This document shows positions 18,079-26,252 of a stretch of 34,656 nt of DNA, in pieces. Source of the DNA: an archaeon (GTDB lineage: Archaea > Nanobdellota > Nanobdellia > SCGC-AAA011-G17 > PNOQ01); the NCBI GenBank assembly GCA_021107835.1, contig JAIOSD010000048.1:1-34656 (forward strand), read 5' to 3'. The translations under genes and the position numbers were made by a program. Each line of letters starts with the position of its first letter. The first letter of the stretch is position 1. A model generated the notes under the pieces. The model was not told the origin of the DNA. It saw nothing but the letters and a program-made list of their open reading frames with translations, and did no database searches.

Positions 18079-18164
18079 GCTTTCGCGTCTTATTTCAACG
18101 GAAGTAAAATAGATAATTCAATCACATTTATAAACCCTTTTCTGGTCCGTGGCAAGCTGGCAAG

Positions 18165-18974
18165 CTAAGCTTTTCTCAATTTCTCACGGACAATTTCCTC
18201 ATCTTCAGGATTAGTAACACCTATCCAAGAATCAGGAGTTTTATAAAGTTTTATAGAAATCTTACCCAACTCAACCAGGCTAGATAACTCATTAGGAAGC
18301 AAACATTCTGCCCTACGATCCCCAACATGTTCTTCTTTAAACCTATCTAACTTTTCACCAAAATAATCAACAACCTCAGGAGTTAATCCAAAAATATTCA
18401 TACTACACAAAGAATCCAGTGTAAGACCTATAGACCCCAAATCAGATTTAACTAATCCAAAAGTTTCCACCAAACTTCTCATATAATTAGAATCATCAAC
18501 TTCAAAAATAGCCCTATTAGTACTCCCTTCCTCAGGAATACCATCTCCCAAAGCATATCCAATACTAGCACACCCAGAATCTTCTTTAAGATGATCAACT
18601 AATTTACGGAAAGTATTACTTCCATACAAATCATCGCCATTACAAACCACAAAAGGGCAATCAATCACATCTCTAGCAGAATAAAGAGCATCAACAGTAC
18701 CCCAAGGCTTATCTCTAATCTTCGGATCAAATTTCTGCAAAGCATAATGAACAGGAATCTCATTAAAACTATTTCCAAACATTTCTTTAAAAGGTTTCTC
18801 AGTCAAATTACCAACAATAAAAATAATCTTAGTAAATCCAGCAGGCAAAGCTTGTTTCAAAGAATATTCAATTAAAGTTTCTCCTTCAGGACCAACCTTA
18901 GCAAATTGTTTAATCCTTCCTCCAAATCTACTAGATAACCCTGCAACCATATAAACCAAAGCTATATCATTCAT
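18165..18974 (-). CDS. sugar-phosphate nucleotidyltransferase family protein
   Basis: N-terminal YMVAGLSSRFGG...K, the glycine-rich NTP-binding loop typical of NTP_transferase folds. The start is set at the ATG at 18974 (MNDIALV). Confidence 0.65.
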   Translation of the reverse strand: MNDIALVYMVAGLSSRFGGRIKQFAKVGPEGETLIEYSLKQALPAGFTKIIFIVGNLTEKPFKEMFGNSFNEIPVHYALQKFDPKIRDKPWGTVDALYSARDVIDCPFVVCNGDDLYGSNTFRKLVDHLKEDSGCASIGYALGDGIPEEGSTNRAIFEVDDSNYMRSLVETFGLVKSDLGSIGLTLDSLCSMNIFGLTPEVVDYFGEKLDRFKEEHVGDRRAECLLPNELSSLVELGKISIKLYKTPDSWIGVTNPEDEEIVREKLRKA

Positions 18975-19009
18975 AAAAATAAAGAAAAAAGAAGAGTTTA
19001 AATATTTTA

Positions 19010-19534
19010 TCAAACTAAACTCGCTTTAATAATTTTAACTTCTTCTAAAGGCCTATCTGAAGAATCTTTTTCAACTTTAGCAATTGCATCTACAACATCC
19101 ATCCCTTCAATAACAGTTCCAAAAACAGGATGCTTTCCATCTAAGAAATTATTATTTACTAAGTTAATAAAAAACTGACTTGAACCTGTATTGGGACCTG
19201 CATTTGCCATAGAGATAGTACCTCTATTGTTTTTAAGTTCTCCAAACTCATCTTGAATATTTGGAATACTAGGATCTCCCATCCCAGTACCAGTTGGATC
19301 TCCACCTTGTATCATAAACCCACTAATAACTCTATGAAAAATAACCCCCTCATAAGTCCCTTTTTCTACTAAACTTACAAAATTTCCTGTTGTAATAGGC
19401 ATATCCTCAGCCATTTCTATTTTAATATTTCCTTTATTTGTTTCAAGTAAAACCACTTGCTTATTTCCATTACCTACCATAAGTATAGCCCCCAATAATA
19501 AAACCAATATAATAATAATTATTTTAGTTTTCAT
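19010..19534 (-). CDS. cyclophilin-type peptidyl-prolyl cis-trans isomerase with N-terminal signal/anchor
   Basis: FHRVISGFMIQGGDPTGTGMG, NRGTISMANAGPNTGSSQFFI, HPVFGTV. The N-terminus is MKTKIIIIILVLLLGAILMV. Confidence 0.9.
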   Translation of the reverse strand: MKTKIIIIILVLLLGAILMVGNGNKQVVLLETNKGNIKIEMAEDMPITTGNFVSLVEKGTYEGVIFHRVISGFMIQGGDPTGTGMGDPSIPNIQDEFGELKNNRGTISMANAGPNTGSSQFFINLVNNNFLDGKHPVFGTVIEGMDVVDAIAKVEKDSSDRPLEEVKIIKASLV

Positions 19535-19570
19535 TTTAAATTTGAGATTAAAAGATATATATAAACTTAA

Positions 19571-20023
19571 CTATATCAAAATCAAAATAACACCAACTAA
19601 GAACAAGAAAAACAAAAAATAATCAATAATACTATTTCCTTTTAAAATCCCACTAAGTCTCGTTGTTAAAGGCCACAAAGGCCTTGTCCCTTTCTTAGTA
19701 AAACTATCTAAAAAGATGTGACTAAAATACCCAATAAGAACAGCTGCCCCATAAGTCTCTCCAAAAAGAACTACAAACAAAAGAAAAAAAGCAAAAGCTA
19801 ACAACAAACTATGTATTAAACCTCTATGCCCTAAAAAGAAATTAATCATCCAAGAAAAAGGTTTAGTTTTCTGTCCAATCTTACTTTTATGAAAATCAAT
19901 ATCTGGAAAAATAGCAAAGAAAGCACCAACTAAAACAAATAAAAATATATGTTCAACAGCAAAAGCTTTAGCAAAAAATATGCTAAGTAAAATACCAAAC
20001 ATTAAATGGGTTTTGAACATCAT
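19571..20023 (-). CDS. membrane-bound metal-dependent hydrolase (YdjM/DUF457-like)
   Basis: H..FG, PDIDF, RG.IHS and SHIFLDSFT motifs set in TM helices. Confidence 0.65.
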   Translation of the reverse strand: MMFKTHLMFGILLSIFFAKAFAVEHIFLFVLVGAFFAIFPDIDFHKSKIGQKTKPFSWMINFFLGHRGLIHSLLLAFAFFLLFVVLFGETYGAAVLIGYFSHIFLDSFTKKGTRPLWPLTTRLSGILKGNSIIDYFLFFLFLVGVILILI

Positions 20024-20118
20024 AAGACTAAAACTGGAAATACAAGTATATTAAAATAATTATGACGTAACATATAAGTGTATTTAAACAAGATTATCCC
20101 AATTAAGTAAGTAATAAA

Positions 20119-20280
20119 ATGGACAAAAAGGAAAGAAAAGAAGTTATCCAGATATGCCTAGAAGCAGAATTAATTTTAGAAAGACATTACGAAAAAGTTT
20201 GGGGAGAAGGAAATGAAGCAATCCAATACATTGAAGAAAAAATATATGGCATAAAATACGAAAATCAGACTGCTCTATAA
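20119..20280 (+). CDS. possible 53-aa ORF (absent from ORF track)
   Basis: My translation is MDKKERKEVIQICLEAELILERHYEKVWGEGNEAIQYIEEKIYGIKYENQTAL. It is the only plus-strand ORF within a 16-kb minus-strand block, and its coding status is uncertain. Confidence 0.3.
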   Translation: MDKKERKEVIQICLEAELILERHYEKVWGEGNEAIQYIEEKIYGIKYENQTAL

Positions 20281-20298
20281 AACTTCAATCATTTTAAC

Positions 20299-20907
20299 TT
20301 ATTTTATTAATCTTTTTATTTCATCAATATGTTTTTTACGATCCCCAATCTTAACTACTGGAAATCCATACTTTTTTGCCTCTCTTAAAATATATTTATT
20401 AAATTCTACCACCCATTCAATCTCTTTTTCTTTAACCGAATCAGGATACTTATCCGCATCACTCCATAAACCTCTTGTGAAAACAATTTCACGAATACGT
20501 TCAATATCATCTTCTAAAAGAAAAAGAATCTTAACTTCTTTACCAGGTATCGACAAATTCTTTATTAATTTAGGCAAAATGGCTACGCCTTCCACAATAA
20601 AGGATTTCCATACATAATCAGTCTCTATTAAAGCTTTAACCCCTTTCCAAACATCAACACTTTCATCATTCTGAAATTTTACAATTTGTTTAGCAGATCT
20701 TTTTGAAAGAAATTCAACCGCCATATCAGGAGTGGCGCCTTCAATATCAAACAATCTTGGAAAATCTTTTTTTCTAACAATTTTTCTCATCTGTAATCTA
20801 ATAGTATCCGTAGAAATCCAAGGCAACTTAAGCTCTTCTGCAATTTTTCTAGCAACATAACTTTTCCCTACAGTTGGAGCCCCCCCAATTAAAATTACTT
20901 TTTCCAT
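20299..20907 (-). CDS. P-loop kinase (2-phosphoglycerate kinase-like)
   Basis: Walker A ILIGGAPTVGKSYVA followed by ISTDTIR. Confidence 0.6.
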   Translation of the reverse strand: MEKVILIGGAPTVGKSYVARKIAEELKLPWISTDTIRLQMRKIVRKKDFPRLFDIEGATPDMAVEFLSKRSAKQIVKFQNDESVDVWKGVKALIETDYVWKSFIVEGVAILPKLIKNLSIPGKEVKILFLLEDDIERIREIVFTRGLWSDADKYPDSVKEKEIEWVVEFNKYILREAKKYGFPVVKIGDRKKHIDEIKRLIK

Positions 20908-20943
20908 AAATATACAAACAATTAAACCCTTTTATAATAATTT

Positions 20944-21930
20944 CTAATCACAAATTTCAATCATCTTAGCAGGATCCAAAGCCTTAATATCAGAACTAGT
21001 AAACTCTAACCGATCAAACATAGTATTTTTAGTAACTCTACCACTAATACTTAATTGCTTACCAAGAACCTCCTTCTTAAATCCCTCAAATATCTCAGAA
21101 CTAGCCTCAGCTATTTTATCATTTTTACAACCAAGTAACTGCTCAGCTTGATTAGAAAAACACACAACGCGAATATTATTGCTACCATCGTCAAAGAAAA
21201 TATTCACAATAGAAGATTTTCTGGCACTAACAGCACCATGAGTCTTACAAGACCCATCAGGAAGAACTTTACGATTACACTCAGGACAAGCCAAATAATG
21301 TCTAGGTTCAAATAGTTGCACAACAGTGCCTTGTAACTCAGCAAACATACCCTCTTTTAACTCACAAATCTTACAAACTTCAGCACTAGGCCTTTCAAGC
21401 ACTTGATTCTGAACCTCACCAATTTTCTCACCTTTAGGATTTATTTCCATCTGAGCCTTATTACCCAAATGTAACTCATTATAACCATTATTAACTCTAG
21501 AATAAGCATTACGAACTTTCAAAATATCTCCTTCATTAAGATTTCCTTCTTCAATCTCAGATATCAACTTCTCATCCCACATAACAACACGAATAGTAGC
21601 AGTTTCATCTCCAATAACAATATTAGCAACCTTACCACTACGACCGTTCTTATTAAACTCTCTAACACCATACATTTGCAAAACCTTACCCACTGCATTA
21701 ACAGAACCAACACCCTTAGGAATTTCTTTAATCTTTAAGCGTTTACCAGTTAAATCTTCACTCATTTTAACACCTAACTGATTAGCAACTATTTGCGCAG
21801 CACCTTCTTTACTAATTAAATCAGATAACTGAGAAATTTTCTCATTGATTTTCTCATCCAAATCTTCTTTAGAAATCTCTTTCTCTTTCAGAATTTTTTC
21901 AACAATATCTTCGTATTTTAAACCAAACAT
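20944..21930 (-). CDS. replication protein A-like ssDNA-binding protein (OB folds + Zn ribbon)
   Basis: N-terminal LISKEGAAQIVANQLGV, OB fold VGKVLQMYGVREFNKNGRSGKVANIVIGDETATIRVVMWDE, and Zn ribbon YLACPECNRKV..DGSCKTHG. Confidence 0.75.
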   Translation of the reverse strand: MFGLKYEDIVEKILKEKEISKEDLDEKINEKISQLSDLISKEGAAQIVANQLGVKMSEDLTGKRLKIKEIPKGVGSVNAVGKVLQMYGVREFNKNGRSGKVANIVIGDETATIRVVMWDEKLISEIEEGNLNEGDILKVRNAYSRVNNGYNELHLGNKAQMEINPKGEKIGEVQNQVLERPSAEVCKICELKEGMFAELQGTVVQLFEPRHYLACPECNRKVLPDGSCKTHGAVSARKSSIVNIFFDDGSNNIRVVCFSNQAEQLLGCKNDKIAEASSEIFEGFKKEVLGKQLSISGRVTKNTMFDRLEFTSSDIKALDPAKMIEICD

Positions 21931-22679
21931 TGAAATGTATCTCCAACCAAAGGATTCAACTCCTTAAAGTCAACAGCCGCCTTCAGAACCACCTCTTTTT
22001 CCCCAAAGACGTCTGTTATACTATCGGAAACCATCTCTACTTTAAATAGATTATTGTTCTCCTCAAAATAGAATTTTGCATTATTATCCCAACATCCTTT
22101 ATCTGCCCCACAAAGATCTACCACACTTTTAAGTTCATCTACATTTTCTAAAAAAGAATTAAAATCATAATCATAAAAAACATTAATATTACCCATAGGC
22201 CTATGTTTTATCTCATAACCATCTCTATCAACAACATACTCTTCAACAGAATCTAAATCTACAACCATTCCACCTTTTTCAAAAATTAAATCAGTTTCAT
22301 ACCCTCCAAAGAAATCCATTCTAGCATTCAAAAGAGAAATAAAACTACTCTCTAAACTACCAATATTAGGATAACAATCTACATCGCCCCTAACAAAATA
22401 AACATATCCATCATCAGTACTATCCCCTTCAAAATTACCCCCAAAATTACCAAATTCAACAATCAAATCAGAAAAGCCTTGTTTCAAAACCTGTTTATCA
22501 TAAATCAAATCTTTTTCCCCATCAAAGGATAACTGAATAAGATCTAACTGCATCTCACCCACATATCCTTTTTGATTTTCCATAGCTTGAGTAAATAAAA
22601 CTAAAGATAAACCAAAGGATAAAACTACAAAAACTAAAACAAAGTGGACCAACATCTCTCCTTTTTTATTTAAAGACAT
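21918..22679 (-). CDS. pilus-locus protein 12, N-terminal NKKG motif + TM helix
   Basis: MSLNKKGEMLVHFVLVFVVLSFGLSLVLF..., 253 aa, Cys-containing ectodomain. It overlaps the upstream gene by 10 nt and the downstream RPA gene by 13 nt. Confidence 0.6.
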   Translation of the reverse strand: MSLNKKGEMLVHFVLVFVVLSFGLSLVLFTQAMENQKGYVGEMQLDLIQLSFDGEKDLIYDKQVLKQGFSDLIVEFGNFGGNFEGDSTDDGYVYFVRGDVDCYPNIGSLESSFISLLNARMDFFGGYETDLIFEKGGMVVDLDSVEEYVVDRDGYEIKHRPMGNINVFYDYDFNSFLENVDELKSVVDLCGADKGCWDNNAKFYFEENNNLFKVEMVSDSITDVFGEKEVVLKAAVDFKELNPLVGDTFQCLV

Positions 22680-23125
22680 TTTTCCACCCCTTTCTCTTCA
22701 TATTCAGAAATATCCAAACAAATTTGAATTAAATCATCTTTACCCGGATAAGGGATACAAATACTTTTACCATTGTTTCCAGAACCAAATTCTAAATTAC
22801 CAAGATCTAGATAATAACAATCCCCATAAACTGCACTAAAAAGATTATTAGTAACACTCACTAATTTATCTTCATAAGAAGAATCAACTAAAAAAAGATT
22901 AATTAAGTCAGAAACATCACCAACCTCAACAGGTGTATTCAAATAATTGTTCAATACAAAAATATTCTCTTTTGCATAGAGAGCCTCTTTAACAGCAATT
23001 TCTTCATCTTTATCTTTAGTAACACCAGGAATAATAAATACTAAAAAAATTAAAAGTAAAAAAGCAAACACTAAGAAAACTCCAAAAGCTTCTGCCAAAT
23101 CCAAACTTCCTCTTTTATTTAACAT
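22670..23125 (-). CDS. pilus-locus protein 11, NKRG motif + TM helix
   Basis: MLNKRGSLDLAEAFGVFLVFAFLLLIFLVFII..., 151 aa, with an 11-nt overlap upstream. Confidence 0.6.
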   Translation of the reverse strand: MLNKRGSLDLAEAFGVFLVFAFLLLIFLVFIIPGVTKDKDEEIAVKEALYAKENIFVLNNYLNTPVEVGDVSDLINLFLVDSSYEDKLVSVTNNLFSAVYGDCYYLDLGNLEFGSGNNGKSICIPYPGKDDLIQICLDISEYEEKGVEKCL

Positions 23126-23594
23126 CAGTCACCACCAAAATATCTAAAATCCCTTGTTTAATTTCTCCACCATCTTCTATCAAAACATATTTCCTAGTAG
23201 AAAAACAATCATAAAAACTCCCCTTCATACCACAAGTAACTTTCTGAGCAACCATCCATTTATTTATTTCAGAAACACCAATTTCAACACCATCTAAACC
23301 ACTTAACTTTAACTCAACACCAACCCTTTCATTATCAGGAACATCAAAACAATTTTCAAGATTTTCATCATAAAATTTTCCAATATTAATCACACCAGAA
23401 GAGCCTAAACAATCATCAGAAGAAAACAACCTATAAACCGCTATTTTCTGTTCAAGTTCACTAGTCTTAACTTCCCTATGAACACTTTGTGTAAAACTCA
23501 CACTAAAAGATAACGCAACAATAATTATAAAAAAAATATAAAAGATTTGTTTTACCTGAAGCTTTTGGAGAATGTATCCTTTTTTATTTACCAT
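23115..23594 (-). CDS. pilus-locus protein 10, NKKG motif + TM helix
   Basis: MVNKKGYILQKLQVKQIFYIFFIIIVALSFSVSF..., 159 aa, with a 7-nt overlap upstream. Confidence 0.6.
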   Translation of the reverse strand: MVNKKGYILQKLQVKQIFYIFFIIIVALSFSVSFTQSVHREVKTSELEQKIAVYRLFSSDDCLGSSGVINIGKFYDENLENCFDVPDNERVGVELKLSGLDGVEIGVSEINKWMVAQKVTCGMKGSFYDCFSTRKYVLIEDGGEIKQGILDILVVTDVK

Positions 23595-24064
23595 TTTCCA
23601 CTAACTCCTGCCCCACCAGACTTTCCCCCTCCCGGATAAAAGGCATCTCCAACAACCACACCCCTCACAAAAAATTTATCTTGAGTCTTTTCAAAAACCA
23701 ACTTAGAATAATCTCCCAAAGCCAAAGATACCGTTTCTATATTTGAATTAGCAACACAACTTATTCTATTTCCAGAGTAAATGGGGGTATCATCTAAAAC
23801 CACACTAAAGACACAAGGAGACTCAAAAGAACTATCAAACCGATGTTCATCAGAATTAATTTCATAAACCAAATCAACTTCCCCATCAAAACCCAAAATC
23901 AAATCAGCACCCAGTTTCAAATCATTAGCAATTAAGCGTTCTTCAAATCCAGTTCCATCTGCAACCTTTTCCATAAAAAACCACATACTAAGGAAAACTA
24001 CTACTACAATAAAACCATAAGCTGCCCCTAAAAAAAGCCGAGGATCATTAGAGCTATCTGACAT
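23588..24064 (-). CDS. pilus-locus protein 9, N-terminal TM anchor, Gly-rich C-terminus
   Basis: MSDSSNDPRLFLGAAYGFIVVVVFLSMWFF..., ending in ...YPGGGKSGGAGVSGKW. It lacks the NKKG motif. Confidence 0.55.
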   Translation of the reverse strand: MSDSSNDPRLFLGAAYGFIVVVVFLSMWFFMEKVADGTGFEERLIANDLKLGADLILGFDGEVDLVYEINSDEHRFDSSFESPCVFSVVLDDTPIYSGNRISCVANSNIETVSLALGDYSKLVFEKTQDKFFVRGVVVGDAFYPGGGKSGGAGVSGKW

Positions 24065-24088
24065 AGAATAATTCTAACATTTATTGTT

Positions 24089-24100
24089 TATATTACTTTT
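24089..24100. repeat. 12-nt direct repeat copy A (TATATTACTTTT)
   Basis: Identical to 24411..24422. It flanks the G+C-richer ORF 24118..24375. Confidence 0.8.
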
Positions 24101-24117
24101 GTAATGTTTATTTAGTG

Positions 24118-24375
24118 TTAATCTCTCTGGCTATCCAATACTTGAACCATCCCTTCAATTTCGCTTCGGGTAACATAAGATAACCCCGCACTAATTGGGA
24201 CTCCATTAAAATACTTAACCTCGTTAACGGAAAGCAATGAATCAGTTACCCGGTTAAACTGCCTAAGCCATGTTGTCCCACTTGTTTCCTTAACAAACCC
24301 CATCGCCTCTCCAATCTCACTTCCATGATAGAGAACTTCCTGCTCCTCGCCCAATAGTAGACAAATAGATCCCAT
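24118..24375 (-). CDS. compositionally foreign 85-codon ORF inside the pilus locus (coding status uncertain)
   Basis: About 43% G+C by my hand count (111/258), against clearly AT-richer neighbours. Only 2 Lys in 85 aa, with frequent GAG/GGG/CAG codons. No TM segment. A TATA-like TTATAAAT lies about 25-28 nt upstream of the ATG, which would give a leaderless-type transcript. It has ~50-nt gaps on both sides, unlike the overlapping neighbours. Confidence 0.4.
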   Translation of the reverse strand: MGSICLLLGEEQEVLYHGSEIGEAMGFVKETSGTTWLRQFNRVTDSLLSVNEVKYFNGVPISAGLSYVTRSEIEGMVQVLDSQRD

Positions 24376-24410
24376 AAAAAAAGAAATTTAAATATATTTA
24401 TAACTTTATC

Positions 24411-24422
24411 TATATTACTTTT
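24411..24422. repeat. 12-nt direct repeat copy B (TATATTACTTTT)
   Basis: Identical to 24089..24100. It abuts the stop codon of 24424..24903. Confidence 0.8.
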
Positions 24423-24423
24423 C

Positions 24424-24903
24424 CTATTCAGTTATACTCAATTTAGAGCCAACCCATTTAAGTTGTAAGGGAACATATTCTTTTTGTCCTATACTAACAA
24501 TCCCTGAATCCATATTAGTTGGAATAAACCCTTCAAAATCATATGTAGCAATAAACCTAGAATTCAAACAAGATTCAGGAGCACCATCATTTCTACAAAC
24601 TATTAAACAAGCTTTATTAAAACACTCAGGAGGACGTTCATATACTCCAGAACCTTCATTAGCCGCCTTATCAAAAGCAACCAACATTTGATCCTTATTC
24701 ATATAAATAAGATATGTAGTTTCCCCCCCCGTTTCTAGGTACAAAACAGTCCCATCAAGCATATCAAAAGACTCCCTTGTTCCAGCATCAAAATCACTAG
24801 AAAACATAGACCACAACACCTCACTCGCAGGAATTAAAATAAAAATAATAACAATCGCTCCCGCAATAATACCAATTAAAGCACTAGTAGTCATCTTACC
24901 CAT
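24424..24903 (-). CDS. pilus-locus protein 7, N-terminal TM anchor
   Basis: MGKMTTSALIGIIAGAIVIIFILIP..., 159 aa, Cys-containing. It contains a G8 run (plus-strand C8 at 24723..24730). Confidence 0.6.
   Translation of the reverse strand: MGKMTTSALIGIIAGAIVIIFILIPASEVLWSMFSSDFDAGTRESFDMLDGTVLYLETGGETTYLIYMNKDQMLVAFDKAANEGSGVYERPPECFNKACLIVCRNDGAPESCLNSRFIATYDFEGFIPTNMDSGIVSIGQKEYVPLQLKWVGSKLSITE
24723..24730. repeat. C8/G8 homopolymer inside a surface-protein gene
   Basis: Plus strand ttCCCCCCCCg. It encodes T-G-G-E (ACG GGG GGG GAA) on the minus strand and is the longest G/C run I noticed in the window. Confidence 0.7.
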
Positions 24904-25114
24904 TATTCATCACATCCGTAAGATTTGTAGGGGCAGCTTCACTAGCCAACCCTAAAAGTTGTTTTACAGCATCAAAAACAGTGTTAGACTGACTACTAAA
25001 AATAGCTATAATTACAAAAAGAACTATTATAAAAATAATAAGACCAATAATAGTCTGAATAGATAATCCCTGCCCTTTTTTACATTTCAAATAAAAAAAA
25101 AGAGAAGTTAGCAT
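24896..25114 (-). CDS. class III signal peptide (type IV pilin-like) protein, paralog of 25108..25452
   Basis: ...KCKKGQGLSIQTIIGLIIFIIVLFVIIAIF... The ATG at 25114 sits in the last codons of the upstream gene (caATGcTAA). The alternative TTG at 25090 would give MKCKKGQ... The track start at 25129 is a TTG. Confidence 0.6.
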   Translation of the reverse strand: MLTSLFFYLKCKKGQGLSIQTIIGLIIFIIVLFVIIAIFSSQSNTVFDAVKQLLGLASEAAPTNLTDVMNNG

Positions 25115-25452
25115 TGTATTGCTGAACAAGCGGCTGCAGGCATTTCAGTACAGTATAAAGTAACGTCTGCCTTTCGATCATTATCAAGATCTACTTCAAA
25201 TGAAGCATGACAATACCTATCTCTAAAATTCTCATCACCAGATACTTCATAAGCTTGACAATAACCATTACATTGCAAAACTGCCCCTTGAGTATCTATA
25301 GCACTAGATCCCCAAACCTTATTCCACCAGTCTGCAAATTGCCCAGTACCTCCAGTTAAAGCAACAACTAATATGACTAAAACAAAGATTGCAAGGATAG
25401 TAATGATAATAGTATTAACAGAAAGATTTTGTCCTTTTTTATTATCCATCAT
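25108..25452 (-). CDS. type IV pilin-like protein, major-pilin candidate (KKG|Q class III signal)
   Basis: MMDNKKGQNLSVNTIIITILAIFVLVILVVALTGG..., with 6 Cys in the C-terminal half. It is preceded by GAGGTGAT (25456..25463), the clearest Shine-Dalgarno match I found in this locus. The track start at 25455 is a TTG. Confidence 0.7.
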   Translation of the reverse strand: MMDNKKGQNLSVNTIIITILAIFVLVILVVALTGGTGQFADWWNKVWGSSAIDTQGAVLQCNGYCQAYEVSGDENFRDRYCHASFEVDLDNDRKADVTLYCTEMPAAACSAIQC

Positions 25453-25455
25453 CAA

Positions 25456-25463
25456 ATCACCTC
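25456..25463 (-). promoter_or_regulatory. Shine-Dalgarno GAGGTGAT upstream of pilin gene
   Basis: The plus strand reads atcacctc. The spacer TTG precedes the ATG at 25452. Confidence 0.55.
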
Positions 25464-25500
25464 TTTATTAATCTATAAAATGTTTATTTAAACTTTTTGG

Positions 25501-26103
25501 TTATCCACAAACAGGTTTAGTAGGAAAACCAGAATCCACTATACAAAAAGACCCTTTATCCCTTTTTAAGATTAAATTATTTCCATTAACTGGATAAGAA
25601 ATTTCCTCTCCAGAAAGAGATTCATAATTCATAAAGCTAGAAGAACCTATAACTATTGAAACTTTAGAATCCTTTGCAATCTTAGACAAGTCTTGTATAC
25701 CACCTAGCTCATCAACACTACAGGGTATTATTCCAGTAATAACTTTTTCAGAAACAATTCCCCCAAGATTATTCAACAATCTTACTTTAGTACGAGATCC
25801 ATCCAAAGAAAAAACCAATTCATATTGATTGGGAAAAGAAAAAGTATCAGAAGTATCACAAAAACATCCAACAGAAGTACTAGTCTTACAATCAATTAAA
25901 GAACTAATAAATCCGCTATCAAAATTATCTTTTGCTTCATCATCCCCTGGAGCTTCTAAACCAAGACTCCATCCAAAAAGACCATTTGCAAGGGCAGCAA
26001 AAGATTTGTCTTGAAAAGCAACTATCCCAAAAATAACCATCAAAACTAAAAAAGCAGGAAGAAGCCACCGCCCAATACCCCCTTTCTTATTTAAAGATTT
26101 CAT
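25501..26103 (-). CDS. pilus-locus protein 4, NKKG motif + TM helix
   Basis: MKSLNKKGGIGRWLLPAFLVLMVIFGIVAF..., 200 aa with several Cys. There is an ATGA overlap with the upstream mini-ORF. Confidence 0.6.
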   Translation of the reverse strand: MKSLNKKGGIGRWLLPAFLVLMVIFGIVAFQDKSFAALANGLFGWSLGLEAPGDDEAKDNFDSGFISSLIDCKTSTSVGCFCDTSDTFSFPNQYELVFSLDGSRTKVRLLNNLGGIVSEKVITGIIPCSVDELGGIQDLSKIAKDSKVSIVIGSSSFMNYESLSGEEISYPVNGNNLILKRDKGSFCIVDSGFPTKPVCG

Positions 26104-26252
26104 CCACCAAACCTCAAAACATTTTTTATTGTATCCAACAACTCAACTAACTGCTCTTTTTGTTTAAAAATTATCAATAAAACTGCAATTAATAAAATTA
26201 AAATTATTAACCACGTACCTAGTTTATTCCAAACTATTTCTCCTTTTTTCAT
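26100..26252 (-). CDS. 50-aa mini-protein with KKG motif + TM helix (absent from ORF track)
   Basis: My translation is MKKGEIVWNKLGTWLIILILLIAVLLIIFKQKEQLVELLDTIKNVLRFGG. It has ATGA overlaps at both ends. Confidence 0.5.
   Translation of the reverse strand: MKKGEIVWNKLGTWLIILILLIAVLLIIFKQKEQLVELLDTIKNVLRFGG

Noticed and set aside
18151-18166. Tandem 8-mer GGCAAGCT x2 followed by AAGCTT, just past the nucleotidyltransferase stop.
   Set aside because: It is too short to be meaningful. The possible 5-bp hairpin has no T-tract in the relevant orientation. It is probably fortuitous.
24118-24375. Possibility that the G+C-rich island is a structured RNA (RNase P or SRP RNA) rather than a CDS. The minus strand has GAGCAGGAAGUUC and ACAACAUGGCUUAG, which are vaguely like RNase P CR-I/CR-V, plus an 8-bp long-range complement CGGGUAAC/GUUACCCG.
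   Set aside because: The CR-I-like and CR-V-like words are only ~70-85 nt apart with ~150 nt following, which does not fit RNase P topology. No SRP helix-8 GNAR motif fits. One 8-bp complement in 260 nt is about what chance would give. The ATG-to-TAA ORF spans the island almost exactly. This is not fully excluded and needs an Infernal scan.
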